A DNA stretch of 64,000 bases from Giardia intestinalis (Eukaryota): the NCBI GenBank assembly GCA_000002435.2, contig CM018793.1. The stretch is one strand, 5' to 3'. Both the position numbers and the translations under genes were made by a program. Position 1 is the stretch's first letter. Each line of letters opens with the position of its first letter. This document shows, piece by piece, positions 19,388 through 29,276 of the stretch. The notes beneath the pieces are model-generated. The model was not told where the DNA came from, ran no database searches, and saw only the letters and a list, made by a program, of their open reading frames with translations.

Positions 19388-21253
19388 GTGAATGCTGTAC
19401 AATGTGTGATAATGGGTGATAGTATGATAGTGGTGTGTGGGGGTGATAGTGATAGTACGGGACTTCTCTTCATGGGCGGGTGCTACAAGACAGAGAGTCA
19501 GCCCGGCAGTGACATATGCACACAGGCTGAGGGAGGAGTGTGCACTGCTTGTAAGGCAGATAGTCAGTACATATTCCAGAATGGGGCAGAGAAGGTGACC
19601 CCTGGTGGGGAGTGCATACTGTGCTGGGATACTATAGATAGAAACGGGGTCATGGGAGTCAAGGACTGTCTCAAGTGTACGGCACCAGCTAATAACAAGG
19701 GGGCTGCCACGTGTACAGAATGCCAAGCAGGGTACGTTAAGGATAACGCTTCTAATACGTGTAAGAAGTGCGGAGAGGGCTGCTCCGAGTGCTCAGAGAG
19801 TGATCAGCAATCGTGTACTGCCTGCTTTGAAGGGAAGTTCCTGAAGGCTGACAGTAAGACTTGTGTAGAGGCTAATCAATGTGGTAATGATAAGTATGCA
19901 GACCCGACAACAGGCCAATGTAAGGCATGCACAGACACAAGTGTCAATGAATGTGCTACGTGTACATACAGCGACACTCTTCAGAAGCCGGTGTGCACTG
20001 GATGCGGGGGCCAAAAGCCGCTTCTCAAGCAAAAAGCTGATGGCACAGTAGAATGTGTTGATGATGGCGGCTGCCCTACTGGTGATACCCACTTCCTTGA
20101 ACAATATCCAAAGGCTTGTGTCCCATGTGGTGATAATACACGAGGCGGCGTTGTCGGATGTAGCACCTGCACTGCAAAGGGAGGGTGCTCTGCCTGTTTA
20201 GCTGGGTATATAAAAGAGGGAAGTAGCGACCCAGTTACATGCACCCCCTGTCACGCCAACTGTGCTACATGCTCTGCTGCTGGCAAGGATAAGTGTGATA
20301 CATGCAAGCCAGGGTACTTCATGAAAGGCAGTGGTCCTACTGGTGAGTGCGTTGCTTGTGACAGTGAAGCCGACAATGGCATCGAGGGCTGTGGTGCATG
20401 CACAAACGATGGCGGTGCTTTCAAGTGCACCGATTGCAAGCCCAACTATCGCAAGCAGAGCGATAGCAGTTCTGGCTCTGTTACATGTACAAAGGTGTGT
20501 GAAGATGATACTGCCTGCGGGGGCACTTCTGGTGCCTGCGATGCAATAGTGATTGATGCTAATGGAAAGGAGCTTCATTATTGTTCTTATTGTGGGGATA
20601 ACAGTAAGGTACCAATTGATGGCATCTGTGCTACTGATAAGAAAGGTAATACTTGTAACAGTCATACATGTACACAGTGTGCTCAAGGGTACTTCTTATA
20701 CATGAATGGCTGTTACAAGGTTGGTCAAGAACCAGGTAGTCATATGTGCAAGACAGCAGGTAATACTGGGATATGCACAGAAGCGGCCAACAATAGATAC
20801 TTCGTAGTCCCAGAGGCAACCAATGCTCAGCAGTCTGTACTAGCATGTGGTAACCCATTAGGCACACTAATAGGTACTCAAGACAATGCTAAGGCATACG
20901 TGGGAGTGGATGGCTGCTCCCAGTGTACAGCCCCAGTAGCTCTGACTGATGGTGGTATGACCCCTGCTATATGTACCTCCTGTGACAGTGATAAGAAGCC
21001 CAACAAGGATGGCACCGGGTGTGTGCTGTGCTCTGTGGGTGATTGCAAGAGCTGTGTGGTGGATGATGTGTGTGGGGAGTGTGTTGATGGGTACAGTCTA
21101 GACAGCAGTGGGACCTCCTGTGTGTCTATGAGTACCAACAGGAGCGGGCTCTCCACGGGGGCCATCGCGGGGATCTCCGTCGCTGTGGTCGTCGTCGTGG
21201 GGGGCCTCGTGGGCTTCCTCTGCTGGTGGTTCATATGTAGAGGGAAGGCATGA
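19388..21253 (+). CDS. VSP copy V4 (type B, copy 1), lacks a signal peptide; first in-frame ATG at 19412
   Basis: 621-aa ORF whose start is GTG. The reading frame runs through the translated TGATAGTG spacer repeat (VIMGDSMIVVCGGDSDS). Ends WWFICRGKA. Confidence 0.8.
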   Translation: MNAVQCVIMGDSMIVVCGGDSDSTGLLFMGGCYKTESQPGSDICTQAEGGVCTACKADSQYIFQNGAEKVTPGGECILCWDTIDRNGVMGVKDCLKCTAPANNKGAATCTECQAGYVKDNASNTCKKCGEGCSECSESDQQSCTACFEGKFLKADSKTCVEANQCGNDKYADPTTGQCKACTDTSVNECATCTYSDTLQKPVCTGCGGQKPLLKQKADGTVECVDDGGCPTGDTHFLEQYPKACVPCGDNTRGGVVGCSTCTAKGGCSACLAGYIKEGSSDPVTCTPCHANCATCSAAGKDKCDTCKPGYFMKGSGPTGECVACDSEADNGIEGCGACTNDGGAFKCTDCKPNYRKQSDSSSGSVTCTKVCEDDTACGGTSGACDAIVIDANGKELHYCSYCGDNSKVPIDGICATDKKGNTCNSHTCTQCAQGYFLYMNGCYKVGQEPGSHMCKTAGNTGICTEAANNRYFVVPEATNAQQSVLACGNPLGTLIGTQDNAKAYVGVDGCSQCTAPVALTDGGMTPAICTSCDSDKKPNKDGTGCVLCSVGDCKSCVVDDVCGECVDGYSLDSSGTSCVSMSTNRSGLSTGAIAGISVAVVVVVGGLVGFLCWWFICRGKA

Positions 21254-21320
21254 CTCAGGTAGTGAATGCTATACAATGTGTGATAATGGGTAATAGAGGG
21301 TGATAGTGTGATAGTGGAGT

Positions 21321-23144
21321 GTGATATGTACAAAGGCCAGTAATGGACTGTGCACTGCTTGTAAGACAGATAACAAGTACATATTCCAGAACAGGGCAGA
21401 CAAGGTGACTCCTGGTGGGGAGTGCATCTTGTGCTCTGATATCAAGGGAGCGAATGGATATACGGGAGTGGCCAACTGTCTCAAGTGTACGGCACCAGGG
21501 AATGCAGGACCTGCCACGTGTAATACCTGTCAAGAGGGGTACTTCCTAAACAACAAGCTTTGTAAGCCATGCGAGGGGAACTGTGCCACCTGTGAGACAT
21601 CGGCGACCCAGTGCACATCGTGTCCAGAGGGGAAGTACCTCAATGGGAATCAATGTACTGATAGCTGTGGTAATGGTAAGTATGCTGATCCAGAGTCTGG
21701 AACGTGCATGGCATGTAGTACAATAACTGATTGCACGGCATGCAAGTACAATGCGACTGTCAGTAAGCCCCAGTGCACTAACTGTGGCAGTAAGAAGGTG
21801 AAGACGGCCATCGATGGCACCACAACGTGCGTTGATGTGAGCTCTGGATGCCAGGATGCTGATCACTTCAAGGCAGATGGTGATGCTGCGTGTGTCTTGT
21901 GCAGCGATACCAGCGGAGATAATGAGAACACAAATAAGGGACTGGAGGGCTGTAGTGCGTGCACAAAACCTAATAACAACCAACCACCCGCTTGTACCGG
22001 ATGCTTACCCGGATATTACGATTCTGCGCCCGGCACCTTCAAGTGTAAGGCCTGTGCTCCCAACTGTGCCACCTGCACTCAAATTGGAGACGATAAGTGC
22101 TTGACCTGTAAGGAGGGGTTCTTCATGAAAGTCAGTGGCCCCGGTGAGTGCGTCCCTTGTAGTGATACAGCTAAGGATGGCATCGATGGATGTGCAACGT
22201 GCACCTTCTCTAGCTCGTTGACCTGCAACTCCTGTAAGGTGAACTACAAGCAGAGCGGTACCCCTTCAACTGGGGTCACATGCACCAGGACTTGTGAAGA
22301 TGATACGGCCTGCGGGGGTACCTCTGGTGCCTGCGATGCCATGATAATTGATGATAAGGGCACCACAAAGCACTACTGTTCATACTGTGGGGATAGTTCA
22401 CAAGCTCCTATAGATGGACTATGCACTAATAACAAAGAAAGTAATACTTGTACTAGTCATACATGTACATCATGTGCTGCTAACTACTTCCTCTATATGG
22501 GTGGCTGTTATAGCACTCAGAAGGCTCCTGGCAACTACATGTGCAAGACCGCAGGTAACAATGGGATATGCACAGAAGCGGCCAACAATAGGTACTTCGT
22601 AGTCCCAGAAGCAACCAATGCTCAACAGTCTGTCCTGGCATGTGGTAACCCCCTTGGCACACTGACAGGCACTGGTGATACTGCTAAGGCATACGTTGGG
22701 GTGGATGGCTGCTCCCAGTGCACAGCCCCAGCAGCTCCATCTGATGGTGGTATGACCCCCGCTGTGTGCACCTCTTGTGACAATAGTAAGAAGCCCAACC
22801 TGGCTGGGAGCGGGTGCTTCCCATGTGCCGTTGTTGGATGCTCGCACTGTGATATGGACAACAAGTGCTCCGCCTGCACAGAGGGGGGCAAGAGACCCAA
22901 CAAGGAAGGGACAGCATGCTTTGAATGTAACGTGGAGGGGTGCGCTTATTGTAGTGGTGCTAATAAGTGTGAAGAGTGCAGCGATGGGTTCAAATTAGAG
23001 GGTGACAAGTGCGTGTCTTCTGGCACCAACAGGAGCGGGCTCTCCACGGGGGCCATCGCGGGGATCTCCGTCGCTGTGGTCGTCGTCGTGGGGGGCCTCG
23101 TGGGCTTCCTCTGCTGGTGGTTCATATGTAGAGGGAAGGCATGA
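21321..23144 (+). CDS. VSP copy V5 (type A, copy 2)
   Basis: Differs from A1 and A3 by point or patch changes (CGNGKYADP instead of CGNDKYADP). Its 3' end is the B/V2 type (WWFICRGKA). Confidence 0.8.
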   Translation: MICTKASNGLCTACKTDNKYIFQNRADKVTPGGECILCSDIKGANGYTGVANCLKCTAPGNAGPATCNTCQEGYFLNNKLCKPCEGNCATCETSATQCTSCPEGKYLNGNQCTDSCGNGKYADPESGTCMACSTITDCTACKYNATVSKPQCTNCGSKKVKTAIDGTTTCVDVSSGCQDADHFKADGDAACVLCSDTSGDNENTNKGLEGCSACTKPNNNQPPACTGCLPGYYDSAPGTFKCKACAPNCATCTQIGDDKCLTCKEGFFMKVSGPGECVPCSDTAKDGIDGCATCTFSSSLTCNSCKVNYKQSGTPSTGVTCTRTCEDDTACGGTSGACDAMIIDDKGTTKHYCSYCGDSSQAPIDGLCTNNKESNTCTSHTCTSCAANYFLYMGGCYSTQKAPGNYMCKTAGNNGICTEAANNRYFVVPEATNAQQSVLACGNPLGTLTGTGDTAKAYVGVDGCSQCTAPAAPSDGGMTPAVCTSCDNSKKPNLAGSGCFPCAVVGCSHCDMDNKCSACTEGGKRPNKEGTACFECNVEGCAYCSGANKCEECSDGFKLEGDKCVSSGTNRSGLSTGAIAGISVAVVVVVGGLVGFLCWWFICRGKA

Positions 23145-23211
23145 CTCAGGTAGTGAATGCTATACAATGTGTGATAATGGGTAATAGAGGGTGATAGTGT
23201 GATAGTGGAGT

Positions 23212-25035
23212 GTGATATGTACAAAGGCCAGTAATGGACTGTGCACTGCTTGTAAGACAGATAACAAGTACATATTCCAGAACAGGGCAGACAAGGTGAC
23301 TCCTGGTGGGGAGTGCATCTTGTGCTCTGATATCAAGGGAGCGAATGGATATACGGGAGTGGCCAACTGTCTCAAGTGTACGGCACCAGGGAATGCAGGA
23401 CCTGCCACGTGTAATACCTGTCAAGAGGGGTACTTCCTAAACAACAAGCTTTGTAAGCCATGCGAGGGGAACTGTGCCACCTGTGAGACATCGGCGACCC
23501 AGTGCACATCGTGTCCAGAGGGGAAGTACCTCAATGGGAATCAATGTACTGATAGCTGTGGTAATGATAAGTATGCTGATCCAGAGTCTGGAACGTGCAT
23601 GGCATGTAGTACAATAACTGATTGCACGGCATGCAAGTACAATGCGACTGTCAGTAAGCCCCAGTGCACTAACTGTGGCAGTAAGAAGGTGAAGACGGCC
23701 ATCGATGGCACCACAACGTGCGTTGATGTGAGCTCTGGATGCCAGGATGCTGATCACTTCAAGGCAGATGGTGATGCTGCGTGTGTCTTGTGCAGCGATA
23801 CCAGCGGAGATAATGAGAACACAAATAAGGGACTGGAGGGCTGTAGTGCGTGCACAAAACCTAATAACAACCAACCACCCGCTTGTACCGGATGCTTACC
23901 CGGATATTACGATTCTGCGCCCGGCACCTTCAAGTGTAAGGCCTGTGCTCCCAACTGTGCCACCTGCACTCAAATTGGAGACGATAAGTGCTTGACCTGT
24001 AAGGAGGGGTTCTTCATGAAAGTCAGTGGCCCCGGTGAGTGCGTCCCTTGTAGTGATACAGCTAAGGATGGCATCGATGGATGTGCAACGTGCACCTTCT
24101 CTAGCTCGTTGACCTGCAACTCCTGTAAGGTGAACTACAAGCAGAGCGGTACCCCTTCAACTGGGGTCACATGCACCAGGACTTGTGAAGATGATACGGC
24201 CTGCGGGGGTACCTCTGGTGCCTGCGATGCCATGATAATTGATGATAAGGGCACCACAAAGCACTACTGTTCATACTGTGGGGATAGTTCACAAGCTCCT
24301 ATAGATGGACTATGCACTAATAACAAAGAAAGTAATACTTGTACTAGTCATACATGTACATCATGTGCTGCTAACTACTTCCTCTATATGGGTGGCTGTT
24401 ATAGCACTCAGAAGGCTCCTGGCAACTACATGTGCAAGACCGCAGGTAACAATGGGATATGCACAGAAGCGGCCAACAATAGGTACTTCGTAGTCCCAGA
24501 AGCAACCAATGCTCAACAGTCTGTCCTGGCATGTGGTAACCCCCTTGGCACACTGACAGGCACTGGTGATACTGCTAAGGCATACGTTGGGGTGGATGGC
24601 TGCTCCCAGTGCACAGCCCCAGCAGCTCCATCTGATGGTGGTATGACCCCCGCTGTGTGCACCTCTTGTGACAATAGTAAGAAGCCCAACCTGGCTGGGA
24701 GCGGGTGCTTCCCATGTGCCGTTGTTGGATGCTCGCACTGTGATATGGACAACAAGTGCTCCGCCTGCACAGAGGGGGGCAAGAGACCCAACAAGGAAGG
24801 GACAGCATGCTTTGAATGTAACGTGGAGGGGTGCGCTTATTGTAGTGGTGCTAATAAGTGTGAAGAGTGCAGCGATGGGTTCAAATTAGAGGGTGACAAG
24901 TGCGTGTCTTCTGGCACCAACAGGAGCGGGCTGTCTACTGGCGCCATCGCGGGCATCTCCGTCGCTGTGGTCGTCGTCGTGGGGGGCCTCGTGGGCTTCC
25001 TCTGCTGGTGGTTCCTCTGCAGGGGGAAGGCGTGA
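23212..25035 (+). CDS. VSP copy V6 (type A, copy 3), protein identical to A1
   Basis: 607-aa ORF. It is part of the second copy of the 3.77 kb duplicated unit. Confidence 0.8.
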   Translation: MICTKASNGLCTACKTDNKYIFQNRADKVTPGGECILCSDIKGANGYTGVANCLKCTAPGNAGPATCNTCQEGYFLNNKLCKPCEGNCATCETSATQCTSCPEGKYLNGNQCTDSCGNDKYADPESGTCMACSTITDCTACKYNATVSKPQCTNCGSKKVKTAIDGTTTCVDVSSGCQDADHFKADGDAACVLCSDTSGDNENTNKGLEGCSACTKPNNNQPPACTGCLPGYYDSAPGTFKCKACAPNCATCTQIGDDKCLTCKEGFFMKVSGPGECVPCSDTAKDGIDGCATCTFSSSLTCNSCKVNYKQSGTPSTGVTCTRTCEDDTACGGTSGACDAMIIDDKGTTKHYCSYCGDSSQAPIDGLCTNNKESNTCTSHTCTSCAANYFLYMGGCYSTQKAPGNYMCKTAGNNGICTEAANNRYFVVPEATNAQQSVLACGNPLGTLTGTGDTAKAYVGVDGCSQCTAPAAPSDGGMTPAVCTSCDNSKKPNLAGSGCFPCAVVGCSHCDMDNKCSACTEGGKRPNKEGTACFECNVEGCAYCSGANKCEECSDGFKLEGDKCVSSGTNRSGLSTGAIAGISVAVVVVVGGLVGFLCWWFLCRGKA

Positions 25036-25043
25036 CTTAGGTA

Positions 25044-26909
25044 GTGAATGCTGTACAATGTGTGATAATGGGTGATAGTATGATAGTGGTGTGTGGGGGT
25101 GATAGTGATAGTACGGGACTTCTCTTCATGGGCGGGTGCTACAAGACAGAGAGTCAGCCCGGCAGTGACATATGCACACAGGCTGAGGGAGGAGTGTGCA
25201 CTGCTTGTAAGGCAGATAGTCAGTACATATTCCAGAATGGGGCAGAGAAGGTGACCCCTGGTGGGGAGTGCATACTGTGCTGGGATACTATAGATAGAAA
25301 CGGGGTCATGGGAGTCAAGGACTGTCTCAAGTGTACGGCACCAGCTAATAACAAGGGGGCTGCCACGTGTACAGAATGCCAAGCAGGGTACGTTAAGGAT
25401 AACGCTTCTAATACGTGTAAGAAGTGCGGAGAGGGCTGCTCCGAGTGCTCAGAGAGTGATCAGCAATCGTGTACTGCCTGCTTTGAAGGGAAGTTCCTGA
25501 AGGCTGACAGTAAGACTTGTGTAGAGGCTAATCAATGTGGTAATGATAAGTATGCAGACCCGACAACAGGCCAATGTAAGGCATGCACAGACACAAGTGT
25601 CAATGAATGTGCTACGTGTACATACAGCGACACTCTTCAGAAGCCGGTGTGCACTGGATGCGGGGGCCAAAAGCCGCTTCTCAAGCAAAAAGCTGATGGC
25701 ACAGTAGAATGTGTTGATGATGGCGGCTGCCCTACTGGTGATACCCACTTCCTTGAACAATATCCAAAGGCTTGTGTCCCATGTGGTGATAATACACGAG
25801 GCGGCGTTGTCGGATGTAGCACCTGCACTGCAAAGGGAGGGTGCTCTGCCTGTTTAGCTGGGTATATAAAAGAGGGAAGTAGCGACCCAGTTACATGCAC
25901 CCCCTGTCACGCCAACTGTGCTACATGCTCTGCTGCTGGCAAGGATAAGTGTGATACATGCAAGCCAGGGTACTTCATGAAAGGCAGTGGTCCTACTGGT
26001 GAGTGCGTTGCTTGTGACAGTGAAGCCGACAATGGCATCGAGGGCTGTGGTGCATGCACAAACGATGGCGGTGCTTTCAAGTGCACCGATTGCAAGCCCA
26101 ACTATCGCAAGCAGAGCGATAGCAGTTCTGGCTCTGTTACATGTACAAAGGTGTGTGAAGATGATACTGCCTGCGGGGGCACTTCTGGTGCCTGCGATGC
26201 AATAGTGATTGATGCTAATGGAAAGGAGCTTCATTATTGTTCTTATTGTGGGGATAACAGTAAGGTACCAATTGATGGCATCTGTGCTACTGATAAGAAA
26301 GGTAATACTTGTAACAGTCATACATGTACACAGTGTGCTCAAGGGTACTTCTTATACATGAATGGCTGTTACAAGGTTGGTCAAGAACCAGGTAGTCATA
26401 TGTGCAAGACAGCAGGTAATACTGGGATATGCACAGAAGCGGCCAACAATAGATACTTCGTAGTCCCAGAGGCAACCAATGCTCAGCAGTCTGTACTAGC
26501 ATGTGGTAACCCATTAGGCACACTAATAGGTACTCAAGACAATGCTAAGGCATACGTGGGGGTCGAGGGCTGCTCCCAGTGTACAGCCCCAGTAGCTCTG
26601 ACTGAGGCTGGTATGGCTGCCGCTACATGCACCTCCTGTGACAGTGATAAGAAGCCCAACAAGGATGGCACCGGGTGTGTGCTGTGCTCTGTGGGTGATT
26701 GCAAGAGCTGTGTGGTGGATGATGTGTGTGGGGAGTGTGTTGATGGGTACAGTCTAGACAGCAGTGGGACCTCCTGTGTGTCTATGAGTACCAACAGGAG
26801 CGGGCTCTCCACGGGGGCCATCGCGGGGATCTCCGTCGCTGTGGTCGTCGTCGTGGGGGGCCTCGTGGGCTTCCTCTGCTGGTGGTTCATATGTAGAGGG
26901 AAGGCATGA
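25044..26909 (+). CDS. VSP copy V7 (type B, copy 2)
   Basis: 621 aa. Near-identical to B1 except for a 3' patch (VEGCSQCTAPVALTEAGMAAATC) that matches V1. Confidence 0.8.
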   Translation: MNAVQCVIMGDSMIVVCGGDSDSTGLLFMGGCYKTESQPGSDICTQAEGGVCTACKADSQYIFQNGAEKVTPGGECILCWDTIDRNGVMGVKDCLKCTAPANNKGAATCTECQAGYVKDNASNTCKKCGEGCSECSESDQQSCTACFEGKFLKADSKTCVEANQCGNDKYADPTTGQCKACTDTSVNECATCTYSDTLQKPVCTGCGGQKPLLKQKADGTVECVDDGGCPTGDTHFLEQYPKACVPCGDNTRGGVVGCSTCTAKGGCSACLAGYIKEGSSDPVTCTPCHANCATCSAAGKDKCDTCKPGYFMKGSGPTGECVACDSEADNGIEGCGACTNDGGAFKCTDCKPNYRKQSDSSSGSVTCTKVCEDDTACGGTSGACDAIVIDANGKELHYCSYCGDNSKVPIDGICATDKKGNTCNSHTCTQCAQGYFLYMNGCYKVGQEPGSHMCKTAGNTGICTEAANNRYFVVPEATNAQQSVLACGNPLGTLIGTQDNAKAYVGVEGCSQCTAPVALTEAGMAAATCTSCDSDKKPNKDGTGCVLCSVGDCKSCVVDDVCGECVDGYSLDSSGTSCVSMSTNRSGLSTGAIAGISVAVVVVVGGLVGFLCWWFICRGKA

Positions 26910-26966
26910 CTCAGGTAGTGAATGCTATACAATGTGTGATAATGGGTGATAGTATGATAGTGGAGT

Positions 26967-28658
26967 GTGATATGCACAGCAGCCAGTAGTGGAGTGTGCA
27001 CTGAGTGTAATACAAATAGTCAGTACATATTCCAGAACCCTGCTACAGCACCAGAGAAGGGTAGCGAGTGCATCCTGTGCTGGGATACCAAGGGAGCAGA
27101 TGGATATACGGGAGTGGAGAACTGCGCCACATGTACAGCACCAAGCACCCCAACGGCTGCCACGTGTGATACCTGTCAAGATGGATACTATAAAGATGGT
27201 AACGGCGCATGTACCAAATGTCATACCGACTGCGAGACGTGTAATGGAGCTGATCAGAATGCGTGCACCTCTTGTAAGGATGGAAAGTATCTGAAAGGTG
27301 GAAATACGTGTTCATCTACATGTGAAGGAAACACTTACCCTGACCCTGTGACAAGGACATGCAAGGATTCTAGTATAGTAGATTGCACCACGTGTGAGTA
27401 CAACCCGGCAACTGGGGGCCCAAAGTGCACAGCCTGTAACGGTAAGATAGTCAAGGAAGAGGCCGACGGGACGACAACGTGCGTCGAGGCAAATGGGTGC
27501 GCTCGAGATGGCCAAGCAGGCACGCACTTTCTGAGTGACAACAACGATAAGTGCATTCTGTGTAGCGATACAACAACAGGAACAGGAGCAAGTAACCAAG
27601 GAAAGGACAACTGTAAGACATGTACTAAGGCTGGTTCAGGACAAGCACCGGAATGTTCAGAGTGTCTGGATGGATTCTTCTTTGAAAAGTCATCAAAGAC
27701 TTGTTCGGCTTGTCATCAGAACTGTGCTACGTGCTCTGAAGCTACGACAGAAAATAGGTGCGAGTCCTGCTATCCAGGATACTTCTTGGTTGTATCTGGT
27801 GCTGATAAAAAGTGTGTCCCATGCGATGATGCACAGAATCAAGGGATCGAGGGCTGTGCCGAGTGCACTGGTACTACAGGATCCCTCAAGTGCACAAAGT
27901 GCAAGCCTAACAGGAAGCTCGCTGGAAACGAGGGGGACCTCACATGCACAGAGAAGACCTGTGAAGATGATACTGCCTGCGGGGGGACATCTGGAGCCTG
28001 CGATGCCATAGTGATTGATGATCAGGGCAATGCAAAGCACTACTGTTCCTATTGTGGGGATAACAGTAAGGTACCAATTGATGGGAAGTGTGTTGATAGT
28101 GGTCAAAAGAATGGGAATACTTGTACCAGTCACATATGTACACAATGCACCAACAACTACTTCCTCTACATGGGAGGGTGTTATAAAGCAACAGAGGTGC
28201 CTGGTAGCTATATGTGCAAGACAGCAGATAATAAGGGGATATGCACAGAGGCGGCCAACAATAAGTACTTCATAGTCCCAGGGGCATCCAATCAGAATCA
28301 GTCTGTACTAGCATGTGGTAACCCCCTAGGCACACTAGTAGATACTAAGGCATACGTGGGGGTCGAGGGCTGCTCTCAGTGTACAGCCCCGACAGCTCTA
28401 ACAACAGCTGGCATGACCGCTGCTGTGTGTACCTCTTGTGGTGAGAGTAAGAAGCCCAACAAGGATGGCACTGGGTGTGTGCTGTGCTCTGTGGGTGATT
28501 GCAAGAGCTGTGTGATGGATAATATATGTGGGGAGTGCAACAGTGGCTTCAGCATAGACAATGGTAAGTGCGTGTCCTCTGGCAGTAATAGGAGCGGGCT
28601 CTCCACGGGGGCCATCGCGGGGATCTCCGTGGCTGGTCTCGTTGGGCTTCTGTGTTAG
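26967..28658 (+). pseudogene. VSP copy V8, truncated at both ends (TM disrupted, CRGKA tail and poly(A) signal lost)
   Basis: Protein ends ...GAIAGISVAGLVGLLC then a stop. Relative to intact copies, about 18 nt are deleted and the sequence then diverges into GC-rich DNA at about 28650. There is no AGTGAAT after the stop. Confidence 0.75.
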
Positions 28659-29276
28659 TGATGACTACTGGCCCGGGGTGGGCATCCGCTGTCCATCCGC
28701 CCGGTGCTGCTACGTGCCCGTGGAGGTCTGGACGCCCGCTGCAACCAGGGTGGAGAGAGTCGGCGCTGCAGCACCCCCGCTGGGTCTCGCCGTGAGTGAG
28801 GGCAGAAGCTCTCGGGGGCCCCGGGGGCAATGCCTGATGTGCAGAGCAGTGGACAGCTCAGCCGTGGATTTAAAATAGCGCGTCGCTCGATGGCGCTCCC
28901 CGGCCTGCCGAAGCAGCGGGTGCTCGACTGCGTAGCATAGGCGCCGAACCACGCCTGCAGCCGTGGGAGGCCGGCGCAGCATGGGCGGTCCCTGCACCGG
29001 GTGGCTCGGACCCGCCACCCGGCCGTTGCGTGCAGGCACCGCCCACTCGGTCCGCTCGGCTGGCCTCTGCAAAAGACCGGCACACGGAGTGGCAGGACCT
29101 GTGCACCCCCGAGGGACAGGGGCTCGACTCGCCCTCTGAGGATCGCTCCGTGCCGACTCCGGGCCCGCCGTTCGACCACGCGGAGGCCGGGCATCCGGGA
29201 GCCTCCACAGCAGAGGTAGTGTGGCGGATCCTTGCTGATCCGGACACATTAAAAACTTGTATCCTCAGGGATTCAC

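Larger units (their letters stand above)
17489..21253 (+). repeat. Segmental tandem duplication unit (VSP A + VSP B), copy 1; near-identical to 23145-26909, with a third A copy at 21254-23144
   Basis: The ORF-track proteins are identical or near-identical (607/621 aa). Spacers and spacings are identical (A to B 1832 bp; stop-to-stop 1891/1874 bp). Confidence 0.9.
23145..26909 (+). repeat. Segmental tandem duplication unit (VSP A + VSP B), copy 2
   Basis: Same as above; the small differences are confined to short patches. Confidence 0.9.

Noticed and set aside
15316-27001. Recurring minus-strand ORFs (e.g. 15316-15867, 17065-17568, 19181-19726, 20878-21333, 24837-25382, 26534-27001) and other antisense or alternative-frame ORFs inside the VSP array
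   Set aside because: They are antisense to conserved VSP 3' ends (reverse translation of the TM/CRGKA region gives PTTTTTATEIPAMAP...). They recur only because the array is repeated. They have no start context and no independent features.
13544-28658. Tandem repeats as a CRISPR array or satellite
   Set aside because: The repeat period is about 1.9 kb and each unit is a full protein-coding VSP body. This is a eukaryotic gene array, not a CRISPR locus or a simple satellite.
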